This document shows positions 1 to 13,571 of a DNA stretch of 64,000 bases, in pieces (within the stretch, counting starts at the first letter, position 1; the number at the start of each line of letters is the position of its first letter). The notes under the pieces were generated by a model that saw only the letters and a program-made list of their open reading frames with translations, searched no databases and was not told where the DNA came from. Origin of the DNA: Mobula hypostoma (Eukaryota); the NCBI RefSeq assembly GCF_963921235.1, contig NC_086122.1:32674001-32738000 (forward strand). The letters are read 5' to 3'. Made by a program: the position numbers and the translations under genes.

Positions 1-70
1 TTCTGCATCTCAAAACTTGTTTATCCTAGCCTTTCCTCAATTTTGATGAACAGATATTAATCCAGAACAA

Positions 71-325
71 CACAAAGTGCTGGAGAAATTCAGCAGGTCA
101 GGCAGCAACTATGGAAATTAATAAACAGACAATGTTTTGGCCCGAGATCTTTCTTCAGGACTGAGAAAGTAAAGGGGAAGATGGGTTCTAAGTCCTGAAG
201 AAGGGCCTCAGCCCGAAACATTGATTATCAATTCATTTTCACAGATGCTACCTGACCTGCTGAGTTCCTCCAGCATTTTGTGTGCGTTGCTTTGGATTTC
301 CAGCATCTGCAGACTTTCTCATGTC
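71..325. mobile_element. Fold-back Penelope pLTR derivative (older subfamily) with 16-bp TSD
   Basis: Inverted arms; TATTAATCCAG(A/C)ACAA at 55-70 and 326-341. Confidence 0.8.
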
Positions 326-480
326 TATTAATCCAGCACAAGATTTCCCTCACAAGATGCCATCTGACCTCTTTAAATTTAAAAACTTAAAAATTACAGT
401 GGCCTAACTTTGCCATGTGCCAGGTTGCTAACTTTGTTTTCAAAACAAAAAACTATCTTTTATCCTGCAGCACTTCACCA

Positions 481-650
481 CAACACACATCAAAGTTGCT
501 GGTGAACGCAGCAGGCCAGGCAGCAGCTCTAGGAAGAGGTAAGACTGTACCTCTTCCTAGAGATGCTGCCTGGCCTGCTGCGTTCACCAGCAACTTCGAT
601 GTGTGTTGCTTGAATTTTCAGCATCTGCAGAATTCCTCGTGTTTACATTT
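481..650. mobile_element. Fold-back Penelope pLTR derivative (younger subfamily)
   Basis: Near-perfect 60-bp inverted arms; CA(C/T)TTCACCA direct repeat at 471-480 and 646-655. Confidence 0.8.
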
Positions 651-1571
651 CACCAATCGCTTTGAGTCAGTATATTGATTCTTTGTTGAAATCTAGTTGC
701 ATAGACACAAGTTGCTCTGTAATAATTAACCTGTGGATATTTTTTGGGATAAAAATCTTGTATGAAGGTTGTTCAGTTGGAAGGAGAATTAAAAGGCTAC
801 CTTCAATCGATCTAACAAACATTATGTAGAAATCAGTAACAACCTCTGGAGAATTTTGTCCAGTAATATTGTTGTCATCTATAGACTTGCTCAGCAACTG
901 GCATAGAACATCTTAGCTGAGATACATCCTAGAATGCGCTGGGATACATCATCAGTGAGGTAACCTGGGGGTCATTGGGTGTTTCAGGTCTTTCAATATC
1001 AGACATTCTTGCCCATTCAGGCCTTGGCTTGTATCCCAGCAGCTCTTGATCCACAGCCATCTGGAGGCTCACTCAGCAGCTTCTGGGACAGTCCTAATGG
1101 CTCTTTTCTTTGTAGCCCCCGTAATGCCAAGGAGAGAGTCAGTTCTACCCAGTGAACTGCCAATAAAACCTCTACACCCCACCTCTATAGACCCGCATCG
1201 TGCCCTCCACCTGTCTCTGTTCTCCCAGCTCCTGGTATTTGGCTTTCTTATGCTCAAACACCTCCTCAATCCTGTCTTCCCAAGGAACTAAGCTAATACA
1301 AAAAATTCGCAATAGTTTGACCTTGGCAGTAATATATAATGATGGAACAGTTGTCCACATTATTAGTAAAAGCCTCAAATAACCTAAAATAATTAGGTCT
1401 TAAAACATACAACTTACTGATTTCATTTTAATATCACCTTCAACCAACTCTAAATGATCAAAAACAAATCTACCGCCTGAACTCAAACTCCATTAAATCT
1501 CACTGATTCAGTATTCAAAGCTGAGTACATCAAGTGCATTTCTTCCAAGTGTATTATGGCTGTTGAGTTAC

Positions 1572-1702
1572 CTCTTACAGTGCCCACACCATGGTGCAAA
1601 GAACTCCACCATCCAAATGTCACTGCTCCCGATCACATTTTCATCAAAGTTATCATCCGTCAATGTAATCACATTCTTTTTACCAGATTTGCTATCACCG
1701 CT
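1572..1702 (-). CDS. PDIA6: PDIA6 exon 6 ([44 protein letters not shown]; second active site); gene continues beyond the left edge
   Basis: 131-nt exon, ttacag acceptor, gtaact donor; second WCGHC. Confidence 0.97.
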
Positions 1703-2099
1703 CTGTAACCAAAGAATAATTAAAACTGATATATGCAAAAACTTGATAAGTGAGTGCTCCCTTTCACCTACTAGAGATATTTATCCAGCGTGCTGTGTAC
1801 GCTGGGCTATGAGTATTGTAGCACTAGGACAAGAACTGTTAGCTTCTTCCCGCAGGCCTTGAGACTACTGAACTCCCTGCTACTGCCCAGGCCTCATCAC
1901 GCATGAAGCACCAGCAGCATTATATATACAATTTATTTTTTAACCTTGTGTTGTAAATGCAGCTCATTATTTGCGGTGATATTTTGTGTGTGTGAGTTAT
2001 ATGTATTGTGTTTGGTTCTGAGAAACAGTCTCTCGCTCGGTGGTAATCGTGCTGAACAACAGTAAATTTGAACTTGAAAAAGCTGGAGGGCTCAAAGGG

Positions 2100-3285
2100 A
2101 CCATGAAGTGCCTTTGGCAAGTAGGGAGAGGGCAAGACCACACGAGGACAAAGAAAATTTATGCCTGAAACCAGAAGTGGGCAAGGTACGAAGTCAGTAC
2201 TTCATACCAGTATTCACCAAGACAGACAGACATGGAAGATAGGAAGATTTAATTGTGTGTACGGAGGGGTGATGTGGAAGAAAGGAGGCTTTCTGATATG
2301 CTGATACTCTATGACACCTTGATATCAAGAAGGTGTCCGTGTTGAGACTCCCGAAGAGCATTAAGGTGGTTAAGGCCTCAGGGCCTGATGGAATCTATCC
2401 CAAGTTATTGAGTAGGGCAAGAGATTGCCGGGACCTTGACAAAGATCTTTGCATTCACTTTTGTCACAGCTTTAGTCCTAGAGGACTGGAGATTAGCCAA
2501 AGTTGTCTCTTTAAGGACAATAGACAAACCAGGAGTTATAGAACATTTGAGCTTTACATCAATTGCAAGAAAATTGTTGAAGATTTTTAGGTATAGAACT
2601 TACTTTCTTCTCCAGACTTACTGGGGATAGTTATCATGGAGGGCACATCTTGCGAACTTGGAGCTCCCCCCCCCCCCCCCGGGAAGTAATTAAGATGATT
2701 GCTGAGGCTAGGGCAGTGGATTTCATATCCATGGACTTTACTAAAACTTTTGACAAAGTCCTTCATGTTGGGCTGATCCATGGAGACTTGAAATCAAAAC
2801 TGGCTCAGCAAGAGCAGTAGTGATGGGATTCAATTCTGACTGGACATCCATAAACGGATATGTTCAGCAAGGATCAGTGTCAGTATCAATATATGGATAA
2901 AAATGTAGGTATTCTGATTAGAAAGCCTGCAGAAGATATAAATTAGTAGTTGATGATAGTGAGGAAGCTTGTCAAAGGATTCATCAGGATACAGACCAGT
3001 TTCATCTGGACAAGTGAGGTGCACTTTGGGAGGTGAAATGTAACAGGAAAGTATCCAGTAAACAGCAAGATCATAAAGAGCATTGATCTACAGAGGAATC
3101 TTTGTGTGCAGGTCCATAGTGCTCTGGAAGTGACAACATAAGGAGGTAGCATGGTAAAGGCAGAATACTGTTTGCTGTGTTTGCCTTCATTGGTTGATGT
3201 GTTGAATATATAGATCAAGAAGTCATATCGTAGTCGTGCAAAACTTTGATTATGCCACTTTTGGAGTATTGTGTGCAATCTGGTT
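2100..3285 (+). mobile_element. Decayed CR1 LINE ORF2 fragments
   Basis: KASGPDGIYP, EDWRLA, MDFTKTFDKVLH and LEYCVQ remnants. Confidence 0.8.
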
Positions 3286-4091
3286 TTGTTAACAAAATGT
3301 TAAAGATAAGTCAGAACATTTTCCAGTCTCTTTTGTGACACTGTACATCTTAAGATAAAAATTCACATCAGACACAGCATTTTTTTGCAAATAGTAATTG
3401 CTCAAAATATTTTTATTGGTTTCATCCAAATCCACAAGTTTCTACACTGATATCGTACCAAAACCATTTATGATTAATACACATGGTTAAGATTCGTCCA
3501 CCAAGACAATTACTTTATATTTAATTGCAGATCACTTTCTCCCTTTTATGCCACATTATTTTGAAAATAGCTGGAGAAGGAACAGGGTATAAAACACAAA
3601 TGTGTATTTCATCTTCTCAGTGAAGGACTACGTTTTCTTGCATGAAAACCAGGAGGGGATTATTTTTGTTACTGTAAATGCCCTATTAACAATCTATTCC
3701 TACAGCCACTGCCCCCTAACCTGCTAGATACTCTTTGATCTATCCATTAGCATCTTCCCACTTCTCTACAATTTAAATCTTTCTCTATCCTTGTTCTGAC
3801 AAAGGATTTCTGACCTGAAGCAGAACAAATTTCAACAGAAGTTGATTTGCATTTGTTTATTGCTTGTGTAGGACAACTGCATACACGACGCTGATGCTCA
3901 TTCTATAGTTATCACAGCACTACATCTGCCCTGCCTTTCAAATTACATTATCACCTCACATGCCAAATCAAACAAATGATGCTTGTCAGTTGGTCCACTG
4001 ATAGTTGATAGATCATGTCATATTTGCATTAGTCTAGCTACTAGTTTTCAATTTCTACCTTGCGACCATTTCTAAGAGTGAAAGGTTTTAC

Positions 4092-4195
4092 CTTTTTGCC
4101 AGAACTTGAGTCAGTCTTGCCTCCGAGTCTATCCCGGACAATTGACCGCAAAGTGTTAAGTGCTGCATCAGTGATACCTTGGGCAGACCTAGCAC
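4092..4195 (-). CDS. PDIA6: PDIA6 exon 5 (GARSAQGITDAALNTLRSIVRDRLGGKTDSSSGKK)
   Basis: 104-nt exon with AG/GT ends, in frame with flanking exons; inter-domain linker. Confidence 0.95.
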
Positions 4196-5020
4196 CTGCA
4201 CATAATGACAGCATATGAAAAAGAAGATATTCTCAGATCCGAAATTCCAGTTCACCAAAGGGATTTTAATTTTATGCCTTTGTAATATCTTTTGGTCTTT
4301 TGCAAATTTCCCACAAGCTAAATCACAGAAAATGTCAAATCAATTATACTCATCAAATCACTTTAAAAAGACATTAAAATTAACATTTCTTGATTTTTTA
4401 TGATAAACTATTTGGTTACAGCTGTAAATTTTACAGTATAGGTGGACTATTCAACGGAGAAGTACATCCACAAACCCATTTCTGCATCATTTTATTAATA
4501 GGATTTTGCTTCGATCAAAAGCCAAAATTATTTCTATATGCAGACAACCCCTCAGATTCTGACAGGATTCCATTCCTGATAACCTCTTGCAATCTAAACT
4601 GTTCATAGATCAAAAATGAATGAAAATAGGGAGAGGTTCACAGAAACAGCTTTAATGGGATAGTGAACAGATGCTGAAAAGAAAAAAGGCCTCACTAGTT
4701 CGGTGGACAATGGACAACCCCCCCCATCCCAGTCTGACTGGTGGGGGTTGGGGGTTCCCTTATGGGAGAAAAGCCATGCAGAAATGCCCCATGCCAACCC
4801 AGAGCAGCTAACAAGTCTATTTTCATCCACAGTGCTGGTCTCCCAAAGCTGCTGGTATGTGTGGTCCTACATTGTATGTTCAATTTCAAAGTTCAAAGTA
4901 ACTTTATTATCAAAGTATGTACATGTTACCATATACCACACAGGTTCATTTTTTTTGCAGGCAGTTACAGAGAAAGCACAATAGAATCTATGAAAACTAG
5001 GGGACTTCCCCATGACTTAC

Positions 5021-5147
5021 CATTATAATCATCGGGTTTGTTTTTGTTTAATCCAAAGATCTTTATTGTTGGAAATCCTTGAACACCATACTGCCCACCA
5101 AGAGACTGATGCTTGTCTGCATCTACTCCTCCAACTTTTACTATTCC
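5021..5147 (-). CDS. PDIA6: PDIA6 exon 4 ([42 protein letters not shown])
   Basis: 127-nt exon, ctgcag acceptor, gtaagt donor; GFPTIK cis-proline motif. Confidence 0.97.
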
Positions 5148-5710
5148 CTGCAGTAAAGCAAAGATATGTTTTCTTTTACCAATCCCCATTATGGATGCAA
5201 ATAAAAATCCAAACTGCAGTGCAGAAAAGATCCTTATTCATCTATAACACAAATAGCTTTGTATCAATGAATGACAAAATTTAATAAACCTCAATAAGCA
5301 CCACCATATGCTGGTCACAACACAACAGCATACCGAATCAATTTTATTTCATCTCCCGAGCTGCGACTTAACATGCTCCCCCGATAATGAAGAGTGAATG
5401 GAGTTCAGAGGAAATAAACTAGAGTATTCATAAATACTCAATATTTAGCACACCACTAGGACTCATGTATGATCTTAGAGGCAGTAACTGGGGATAGAAA
5501 AGTTTATTTTAGCAAAGTCAAACTAAAGCTACTCAAATTTATTAATTCCTCATGTTGATATGTACAACAATTACTCCAAAAAAAAGCCAAATATGCAGTG
5601 TTGTTTTTTTTAAAGAAAGATGAAATAGCATTCATCTTTAATTAGGAAAACTCAGTGAGAAGTGTTTTATATAAAGAATAAAATAAGTAAAGTTGAATTA
5701 AAAATATAAC

Positions 5711-5768
5711 CTTCAAAGCTGATGCGGCTTTTTTCCACTCTGGGGCCAAACTCTGACAATGCCCACAC
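5711..5768 (-). CDS. PDIA6: PDIA6 exon 3 (CGHCQSLAPEWKKAASALK; first active site)
   Basis: 58-nt exon with AG/GT ends; completes WCGHC. Confidence 0.97.
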
Positions 5769-6114
5769 CTGAAAGAGAACGTATTCTTTAAGAATTTTGT
5801 TACATATATACAATGCAGAATATACCAATACTACAATATTCGAAAAGGACACCTAAATGCAACATCTGAGAACTCTCTGACACAATTTGAATGTATCCAT
5901 CCTAATGTATAAAGCTTGACAACTTTTGGCAGAAAAGAGGTGTTCAGAAAAAAATTAACATAAACTTACTGCATTCTTCATCCTGTATATATCATTGCAC
6001 TTTGCACATTTTCCAGCAGCTATGTACCAGTAGGAATAACTACATTTAGCTTTTGGTTTGAATGTTCCCAGTATACATCAGCAGTTCCTACACACATGCA
6101 AGTGAAACAAGGCC

Positions 6115-7020
6115 CAGAACATCCAATACAGCAGCCCCTCAGGGCTGCGTACTAAGTCCCCTCCTTCACTCCCTGTATACCCATGACTGTGTCACCACCC
6201 ACAGCTCCAATCTGCCAATTAAATTTGCCGAGAACACTACGTTGATTGGCCTTATCTCAAATAATAATGAAGTGACCTACAAGGAAGAAGTCATCTCTCT
6301 GACACAGTGGTGTCAAGAAAACAACCTCTCCCTCAATGTCACAAAAACAAAGGAGCTGGTTGTGGATTACAGGAGGAATAGAGACAGGCTTACCCCTATT
6401 GACATCAATGGATCTGGGTTTGAGAGGGTAAACAGCTTTAAATTCCTCAGCATACACATCACCGAGGACCTCACATGATCTGTACACACCAGCTGTGTGG
6501 TGAAAAAGGCACAACAGCGCCTCTTTCACCTCAGAGTGTTGAAGTAGTTTGGTATGGGCCCCAAATCTTAAGAACTTTCTACAGGGACACAATTGAGAGC
6601 ATCCTGACTGGCTGCATCACTGCCTGGTATGGGGACTGTACCTCCCTCAAACGTAGGACTCTGCAGAGTAGTGTGGACAGCCCTGTGCATCTGTAGTTGT
6701 GAACTTCACATGATTCAGGACATTTACAAAGACGTGTGTAAAAAGTGTCCGTAGGATCATTGGGGACCCGAGTCACCCCAATCACAATCTATTCCAGCTG
6801 CTACCATCCGGGAAATGGCATAAAAGCCAGGACCAACAGGCTCCAGGACAGCTTCTTGCACCAGACCATCAGACTGATTAACTCACACTGATGTGAGTGT
6901 GTTTCTATGTTACATTGACTGCTCTATTTTTCTATAAATTACTATGATTGCACATTTAGACAGAGACGTAAAGATTTTTACTCATGTACAGTATGTGAAG
7001 GATACAAGAAATAAAGTCAA
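6115..7020 (+). mobile_element. Rex/Babar(L2-group) LINE 3' portion
   Basis: APQGCVLSPLL..LYTHDC, KFAENTT, IESILTGCITAWYG; AATAAAG tail. Confidence 0.85.
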
Positions 7021-8399
7021 TGGAAATTCAACATCCACAAGTCTTGAATTTACCAAGTTTTGTCACAATGAATCAATCTGCTTTAGCATATTGAGTCCAA
7101 TAAATGGGAGCGGGATATTTCTCAGATTCCCTAACACTTAAGCAGAGGTAGTAAGTGGGAAAGTGATGAAAGCTAATACTAGATCAGTCACTCCTACTGA
7201 ACAGAACAGGTTTGATGATTCCTGATCCCCTAAAATAATCACAGGCTTGAGCAGATTTCTGTATGCTCTTCATTGTATGTAACCCTTAAACCCAACCCTT
7301 CTTATGCCATGGACTCCTGCTGTTAACCGAGGGGTCCATGGGTCCCACTAGACCCAAGCTCAGAAACATCACATAAATCCCCAGTCGATCAAACGTGGAA
7401 GTACAAGATCTGCAGATTTTCATCCTCCAACATAAAACCACATGGCCAGCAATGATGAACATCTCAGTGAAAACCTACTCCATGTAAACAAAGTATCTGA
7501 AGTATTCCCTGTCATTCAGATGTTAAATATACATGAGCATTAATGAAATGACAGCCCTGCATTAAAAAAATACAGCATAGAGTAGGCCCTTCCAACTGTG
7601 CCGCCCAGCAATCCCAAATTTAATCCTAGCCTAATCACAGGACAATTTACAATGACCAATTAATCTAATCTCCAACCAGTATGTCTCTGGACTGTGGGAG
7701 GGAACCAGAGCACCCGGAGAAAACCCCCGCATTCCACAGTACAGACTCCTTGGAGATGATGTCAGAATTGAACTCCAACACCTCGAGCTATAATAATGTC
7801 ACACTAACCACAATGCTACTGTGGTGTTGCTACATCTAGAATGTGTGAACAACCTATTTCTGATTAAAAAATATTAATTAACAAGTATAATATCTTGTTT
7901 TTAAAGAAGTTCCATATAGATCAGGATCATTGAGAACAGATACTGAAACAAGGCTTGTAGACAGCCAAACAGGCAAAAGATGAACTGGGCTTTAAGGTGA
8001 TCAAAACATACACAACAGTTGCAGTAACAGTGAAAGTTAGGTCAGGGGTGAATGGTATGTTGCTGTGATGGAAACAACCAGCCTTAGTTCAAGAATGAAA
8101 ATAATGCTGACATTGCTTCAGCTCAAACTGGTGACCAATAAGAAGAGTACTGATTGAAAGGATAGGGAGCTTGTGGGAAGATAGAGGCTTTAGTCTTCAA
8201 AATGTAAGACTACAGCCGAATCAAGAAAAAAAATAGCAGATTGGCAGTGGAAATAATTAAAGCAATCCGCCGTCCATCTGCAGAAGGTATTGGGACTTCC
8301 TGAAAATGATAAGGAACAAAATACAGAAAGTTTTACCTTCACAGATCCATGAGACAAAGTAAATTACTGAATTTGTCTTTTACACTAATACTTGACAGA

Positions 8400-8797
8400 C
8401 AAGGATGAGAGATCTTATAGAAACATACAAAATTAAGAAAGGGATAAGACAGAGGCAGGAAAATTGTTTCCACCAGTAGTTGAGACTAGAACTAGGGACA
8501 TAGCCTCAGATTTGGGGAGTAAATTTAGGATGGAGATGAGGAAGATCTGCTTTTCCCAAACAGTGGTGAATCTGTGGAATTCTCTGCCCAATGAAGCAGT
8601 GTAAGCTACCTCGGTAAATATATTTAAGACAAGGACAGATAGATTTTTGCATATTTAGGGGAATTAAGGGTTATGGGGAAATGGCAGATGGGTGGAGATG
8701 AGACCATGGTCGGATCAGTCATGATCTTATTGAATGGCAGAGCAGGCTTGATGAGTCAGATGGCCGACCCCGCTCCTATTTCTTATGTTCTTATGAC
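8400..8797 (+). mobile_element. CR1 3' fragment
   Basis: DLIETYK, RTRGHSL, VVNLWNSLP; TTCTTATGTTCTTATG tail. Confidence 0.85.
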
Positions 8798-8939
8798 ACG
8801 ATATTTTCATCTGTCAGTATGCAACAATAGTCATTGGTCATCTAATTTGCTCTTTAGATGTCATCTTTACATTAAACAGGTACTGCAGGGTGCATCAATT
8901 TGGTAGTTTCCTCCCAGTCTCAATTTACCCTGTAATAAT

Positions 8940-10010
8940 AACTTTTTTTTGTACAGCACCTTTCATACATTAAGATGCAGGCTCAAGGTGCTTTACAAAT
9001 ACTGTAAAGACAAATCAATATAGTCATAAAAATGCAAGACAAAATGAAAAATCATAAGACAAACATTACATAGAATAAAACATAATTAAACATACTGAAT
9101 TATGATATGTTACTTAATAGGCATTAAGTAATCCTATAAATAGGCCACATTAAAAATGTAGTCATTTTAAGTGTTTTGAAGTGTTCCACGATACTAGTCT
9201 GATGTATCTCAGTCGGTAGAGTATTCCAGTTTTTTTGGTGCACAAGAGGAAAAGGCCACATCACAAGTTCTTATATGCTCCATTTGTTCCCCCTCCCCCC
9301 CCATGTGAGGGGTTGATGTTCTTGTTGCTGTTTGCGCAATTTACTTTTTTTTTGCATGGGGGGGTTGATCTTGTTGCCATTTGCGCAATTTGTTTTCTTT
9401 TGCGCGCAGGGAGTTCATGCATCTCTTTGAATGGGTTCCATAGTTTTCTTTGTTTCGTGGCTGTCTGTGGGAAGATGAATCTCAGAGCTGTAAACTGCAT
9501 ACGTACTTTGATAATAAAAGTCTTCTCTGAATCCTTGTTTCTAGGAACACTAAGCAAACCAGTATTCATGGATCCAAGATTATGATTAAGGATGTAAGGG
9601 GATAGACATCTCAATATATACGGAGCAGCTAGGTTATTCAGAGCCTTATATACAATTAAGAGCATTTAAAAATTGATCCCAAAGGACACAGGCAGCCAGT
9701 ATAATGATGTCAAAGCTGATGAAATATAATCAGATTTTCTTCTTTTTTCCATTAAGATTCTTGCTAGTGCATTTTGTACAAACTGCAGGCGATTTATTAT
9801 CTTTCTCAGGAAGTCCTGGAAAGAGTGCATTGCAGCTGTCTAATCGGCTGAAAACAAAAGCACTTATCAATTTTTCTGCATCTTCAGATATTGTAAGAAA
9901 TTAACTCTTGCAATCTTCCTTAAATGAAAGAATGCAGTTTTATTAATATGGTTAATGTGTGCTTTGAAATTTAGCTCCGAGTCAATAATAATGACTAAAT
10001 TCTTTACTTC
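8940..10010 (-). mobile_element. L2-type LINE 3' fragment, interrupted at about 9270-9528
   Basis: WLPV..INFK, LLIVYKALNNLAAPYI motifs. Confidence 0.75.
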
Positions 10011-10390
10011 TGGCTTGATTTAGACATTCTTTTTAGCTGTTCTCTTTCCTCTCCAAATGGAACAGTTTAACTGATGCCAGTTTCAGGTGGAACACCGCTG
10101 TCTTTCACATCCTATTAAAATATTAAGTTTGTTCTTATAATAACAAGCATGTTTCCTAGGTTTAAATGTTATCATACAACTAAGATTTTAATCTCTTTAT
10201 ACAATTTTTAATGCAGCAGTTCTAGGTTTTTGTGAAATGCAGCTGATGGTCAGACATGAAGAAATCTGGAACATCTTAAAGCCAACATTTTAAAATAGGT
10301 AACTGTAAAGACAACTTTGAAAAAAAATGTGGCTCATTTAAAAAGGCATTTTATTTGAAAAAAAAATCAACATCAAGTAGATTTGTATCG

Positions 10391-11445
10391 CGGGGCGGGG
10401 TGGAGCAAAGTAACGATGGCGCTAAACAGAGACTCCTTTGCTTGCATCTTCAGAAACACCTCCACGTCTATCTTTCAAAGTTGCTGGTGAACGCAGCAGG
10501 CCAGGCAGCATCCCGAGGAAGAGGTATAGTCGACGTTTCAGGCCGAGAGGCCAGGCAGCATCTCTAGGAAAAGGTACAGTTGACAAAGGGTCTCAGCCTG
10601 AAACGTCGACTGTACCTCTTCCTAGAGATGCTGCCTGGCCTGCTGCATTCACCAGCAACTTTGATGTGTGTTGCTCTTCCAGCATCTGCAGAATTCTTCG
10701 TGTCCACGTCTGTCTTTAATATCTTCTTCCCCCCCTTTCCAAGCTTCTTTTGAAGACCCTGACCTGGAGTTACACTCTGACTTCGATTCGTTGCAGGAAT
10801 GGGACCCACTCTCAGGGCCTCCTGATTGGCTGCTTTTTGATATCCCAAGGATGCGGCCTGGAAGACTAGCATGCCTTCAGGGTGCTGGATTTTCGTGCCT
10901 CTGGAGATGGTCTGATTCAAGGCTGGTGCCCCTGACTAAGGCATAGCGGGAGAACACAGAACATCGGGAGCAGCGGGTTAGCTGCTATGAGCTGTGTGTC
11001 CAGAGACATGAGCTCTAGGGTGGACTCTCTGGGCACAGAGCTAGGAAAAAGCAACACAACATTATAAATCAGTGAGTTGTTTGTTTTGTTTCCCCTCTCG
11101 CTATGAAACGAGGACCCCTCTTTTTTCTTTATTAGGGAGAGAGAGCCTGTGGTATGTCGAATAACCAGGTGAACGAGTGGTCTTTGGGGTACTGCAAGTC
11201 TGTGTCTTCATTGATGCTTTGCTGCATGATTGAGTGCTCAGTGGAGGGAGGCAATGCTTTTTTGCTGGTGGGCGAGGGGGGTCATTGCCTTACTTCTGCT
11301 TGTGCGTGGGAGGGGGTTACTCTGTAGTTCTAACATTTGGAGTCATTCTTTGGGGCACTCCTCTGTTTTCATGGATGTTTGCAAAGAAAAAGAATGTGTA
11401 TTGTATACATTTCTCTGACATTAAATGCACTTATTGAAACCTATT
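10391..11445 (+). mobile_element. Non-autonomous retroelement with LINE-type 3' tail (related 3' fragment at about 11930-12240)
   Basis: GATGGCG 5' motif; shared TGTATACATT(T)CTCTGA(C/T)ATTAAA 3' end in two copies. Confidence 0.55.
10476..10702. mobile_element. Three-armed fold-back Penelope pLTR derivative with 15-bp TSD, nested in another retroelement
   Basis: TCCACGTCT(A/G)TCTTT at 10461-10475 and 10703-10717; two reverse arms followed by one forward arm. Confidence 0.85.
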
Positions 11446-11540
11446 AAATTAAAATCCAAATGGGTGGATTGACAACGGAATTACAAAACTGAACCTTGCC
11501 CATCCAGTTGTAGCAAAACCTAGTTGTTTTCTGAACTCAC

Positions 11541-11679
11541 CATGGTGCATAGAACTCCACCAGCCACAGTTCATCGCTTTGAATAACTTCCCTATTGAAG
11601 TTACTTGAGGATAATTCCACAACATCATCACTCGCTGAGTAAAGAGCACTGACAGTGACTAACAACGTGCCGAAGACAC
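11541..11679 (-). CDS. PDIA6: PDIA6 exon 2 ([47 protein letters not shown])
   Basis: ttgcag acceptor, gtgagt donor; translation matches the PDIA6/P5 N-terminal thioredoxin domain. Confidence 0.97.
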
Positions 11680-13219
11680 CTGCAAAGCAAAACAGAATTT
11701 GCATAACTGAAATAAAAACCCTGTGTTCATTTCAAATGTTAGTGGTTAGAGTTAATTTTAATTCTCACACACACAAAATAAAAAGTTTGCAATGGCCGAT
11801 TGAGTGCTTGAAATACCTCAAGTCAAACAAGACCCATGGAGAAACAGTTAACATTTTCCCTGTTGATCTAAAATATTAAATCTGTCCATTGACACTGCAT
11901 TTCTAGCATTTTTTGTTGAACGCATGGTATTCAGGGGTAAAATAAATAGTTTAAGAGGGAATCTTGAGTCATGGACTGTAGTTTTTGATGGACTCCAGAT
12001 CAAGGTCTCTTTGGGAGTTTTTGCTATTGCTTGCATGACGGGGGTCAGTGCTTCTGTCGACACGTGGGGGGGGAGAGAAAGAGGGTCAATGCTTCTGCAT
12101 GTGGGAGGGGGCTTTGGGATTCTGATGTTTCTATCATTGCATTCTATAGGGCTCATGTTTCGTGGATGTCTGTGAAGAGTAGGAATGTCAGGTTGTATAC
12201 TGTATACATTCTCTGATATTAAAGTGAACCATTTGAATTCCAATCTATACACACACACAGTTGGAATCTGAAAAAAATGCTACTCAAAGAGATGGAGAAA
12301 GATACTCTCACAACACTTAAAGAGCATCTGGGCAAGCACTTGAATCACCAAAAGGCATAGAAGACTACATTTGTATACATGGGATTTGCATGGATGGTCT
12401 GTGTGGACACAATGGACCAAAGAATCTGTTTCCGTACCTTGTGACCAATTATTAAATAACTACAACATTTCCCTTTTGGATTATCAACTTTGCCAGAACA
12501 CTGCTTTTGCTATGCAAGTTACTAAACCGATGGCACACCTGCAGCCGATTTAGAGTACCGAAGGAAGTAGCTGTATTCAAATCTACAACCAATTACCATG
12601 TACTTTATCTTTACAAAAAATAAAATCACCAGTTAAGAACATACCACCTTTCATTAGAAATTGGTTTCAAAGCCACACAATGTCGTACAAAATACTGCCT
12701 GGTTTCTACTCAAACTGCCCAAGTTCAGGAAACTAAATCATTGTCACCTCCTTCGACTAAACAAAAAAAAATTATGCAACGTGCAACCAAAATATATAAA
12801 TAATAACCACAAGAGAAAGTCTGCGGATGCTGGAAATCCAAAGCAAGACACACACACACAAACTGCTGGAGGAACTCAGCAAGTCAGGCAGCATCTATGG
12901 AAATGAACTGATAGTCAACGGTTCGGGCCGGGAGCCTTCTTCAGGACTTAAAATATTTACTACCAGCCAGTTTTAACAGATCTGATTATTTATAGTTTTA
13001 TATTTTGAATTATCATTACACATTCAGGTAAGAGGATATACAAATAACGAAGAAAGGGTGATTTCTCTGCTAGTGTTCACAATACCCTGGGAGCAAAGAT
13101 ACGGACACGATAGCCATTATTAAATACTTATCGCGATGCCGAACCAAACGAGCGTGGGGGAAACTCGTTATCGTCTCAAGGCTCGGAGGGGCTGCGAGGC
13201 TCCACACGGGGCCACTCAC

Positions 13220-13262
13220 CAATCACACTCAGCACCTCTGTCCTTCCGCTGGCGGGTCCCAT
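13220..13262 (-). CDS. PDIA6: Protein disulfide-isomerase A6, coding exon 1 (MGPASGRTEVLSVI-G; start of signal peptide)
   Basis: ATG at 13262 in a CpG-rich region; donor G|GTGAGT; phase 1 joins exon 2 in frame. Confidence 0.85.
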
Positions 13263-13431
13263 GTTAGCAGCCGCAGCCGTGTGTCACTTTAACTGAGCGA
13301 AGGGAGGGAGCCCTGCGGTCTTAGCGCCAACCGCGTGTCCGAGGCCGTGTCGCCCGTTCCGGCACTGTGACACTCGGCTTCGCCCCGCCGCCGCCGCCGC
13401 AGGACAAGCGCCCCACTCCCCTGACCCGTAC

Positions 13432-13450
13432 CGTGGCCGCCGCCGATTGG
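13432..13450 (-). promoter_or_regulatory. ER stress response element (ERSE, CCAAT-N9-CCACG) in PDIA6 promoter
   Basis: Minus strand reads CCAATCGGCGGCGGCCACG, the exact consensus with a GC-rich 9-nt spacer, 170 bp upstream of the ATG. Confidence 0.9.
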
Positions 13451-13571
13451 CTGCTTCCCGCCCGCTGACCTCAAGCCGGGGTCAGGGATCGAGGCAGCCA
13501 ATCAGGAGACGGACACGTGTCAGCTGCAGCTGGTGCCGCGACCATGTGGGGCCGAGCGGCGCAGACTCGCT

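Larger units (their letters stand above)
13130..13570 (-). promoter_or_regulatory. PDIA6 CpG-island promoter/5' UTR with second CCAAT (13498-13502) and palindromic GACACGTGTC (13512-13521)
   Basis: High GC and CpG content, GC boxes, CCAAT boxes around exon 1. Confidence 0.8.
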
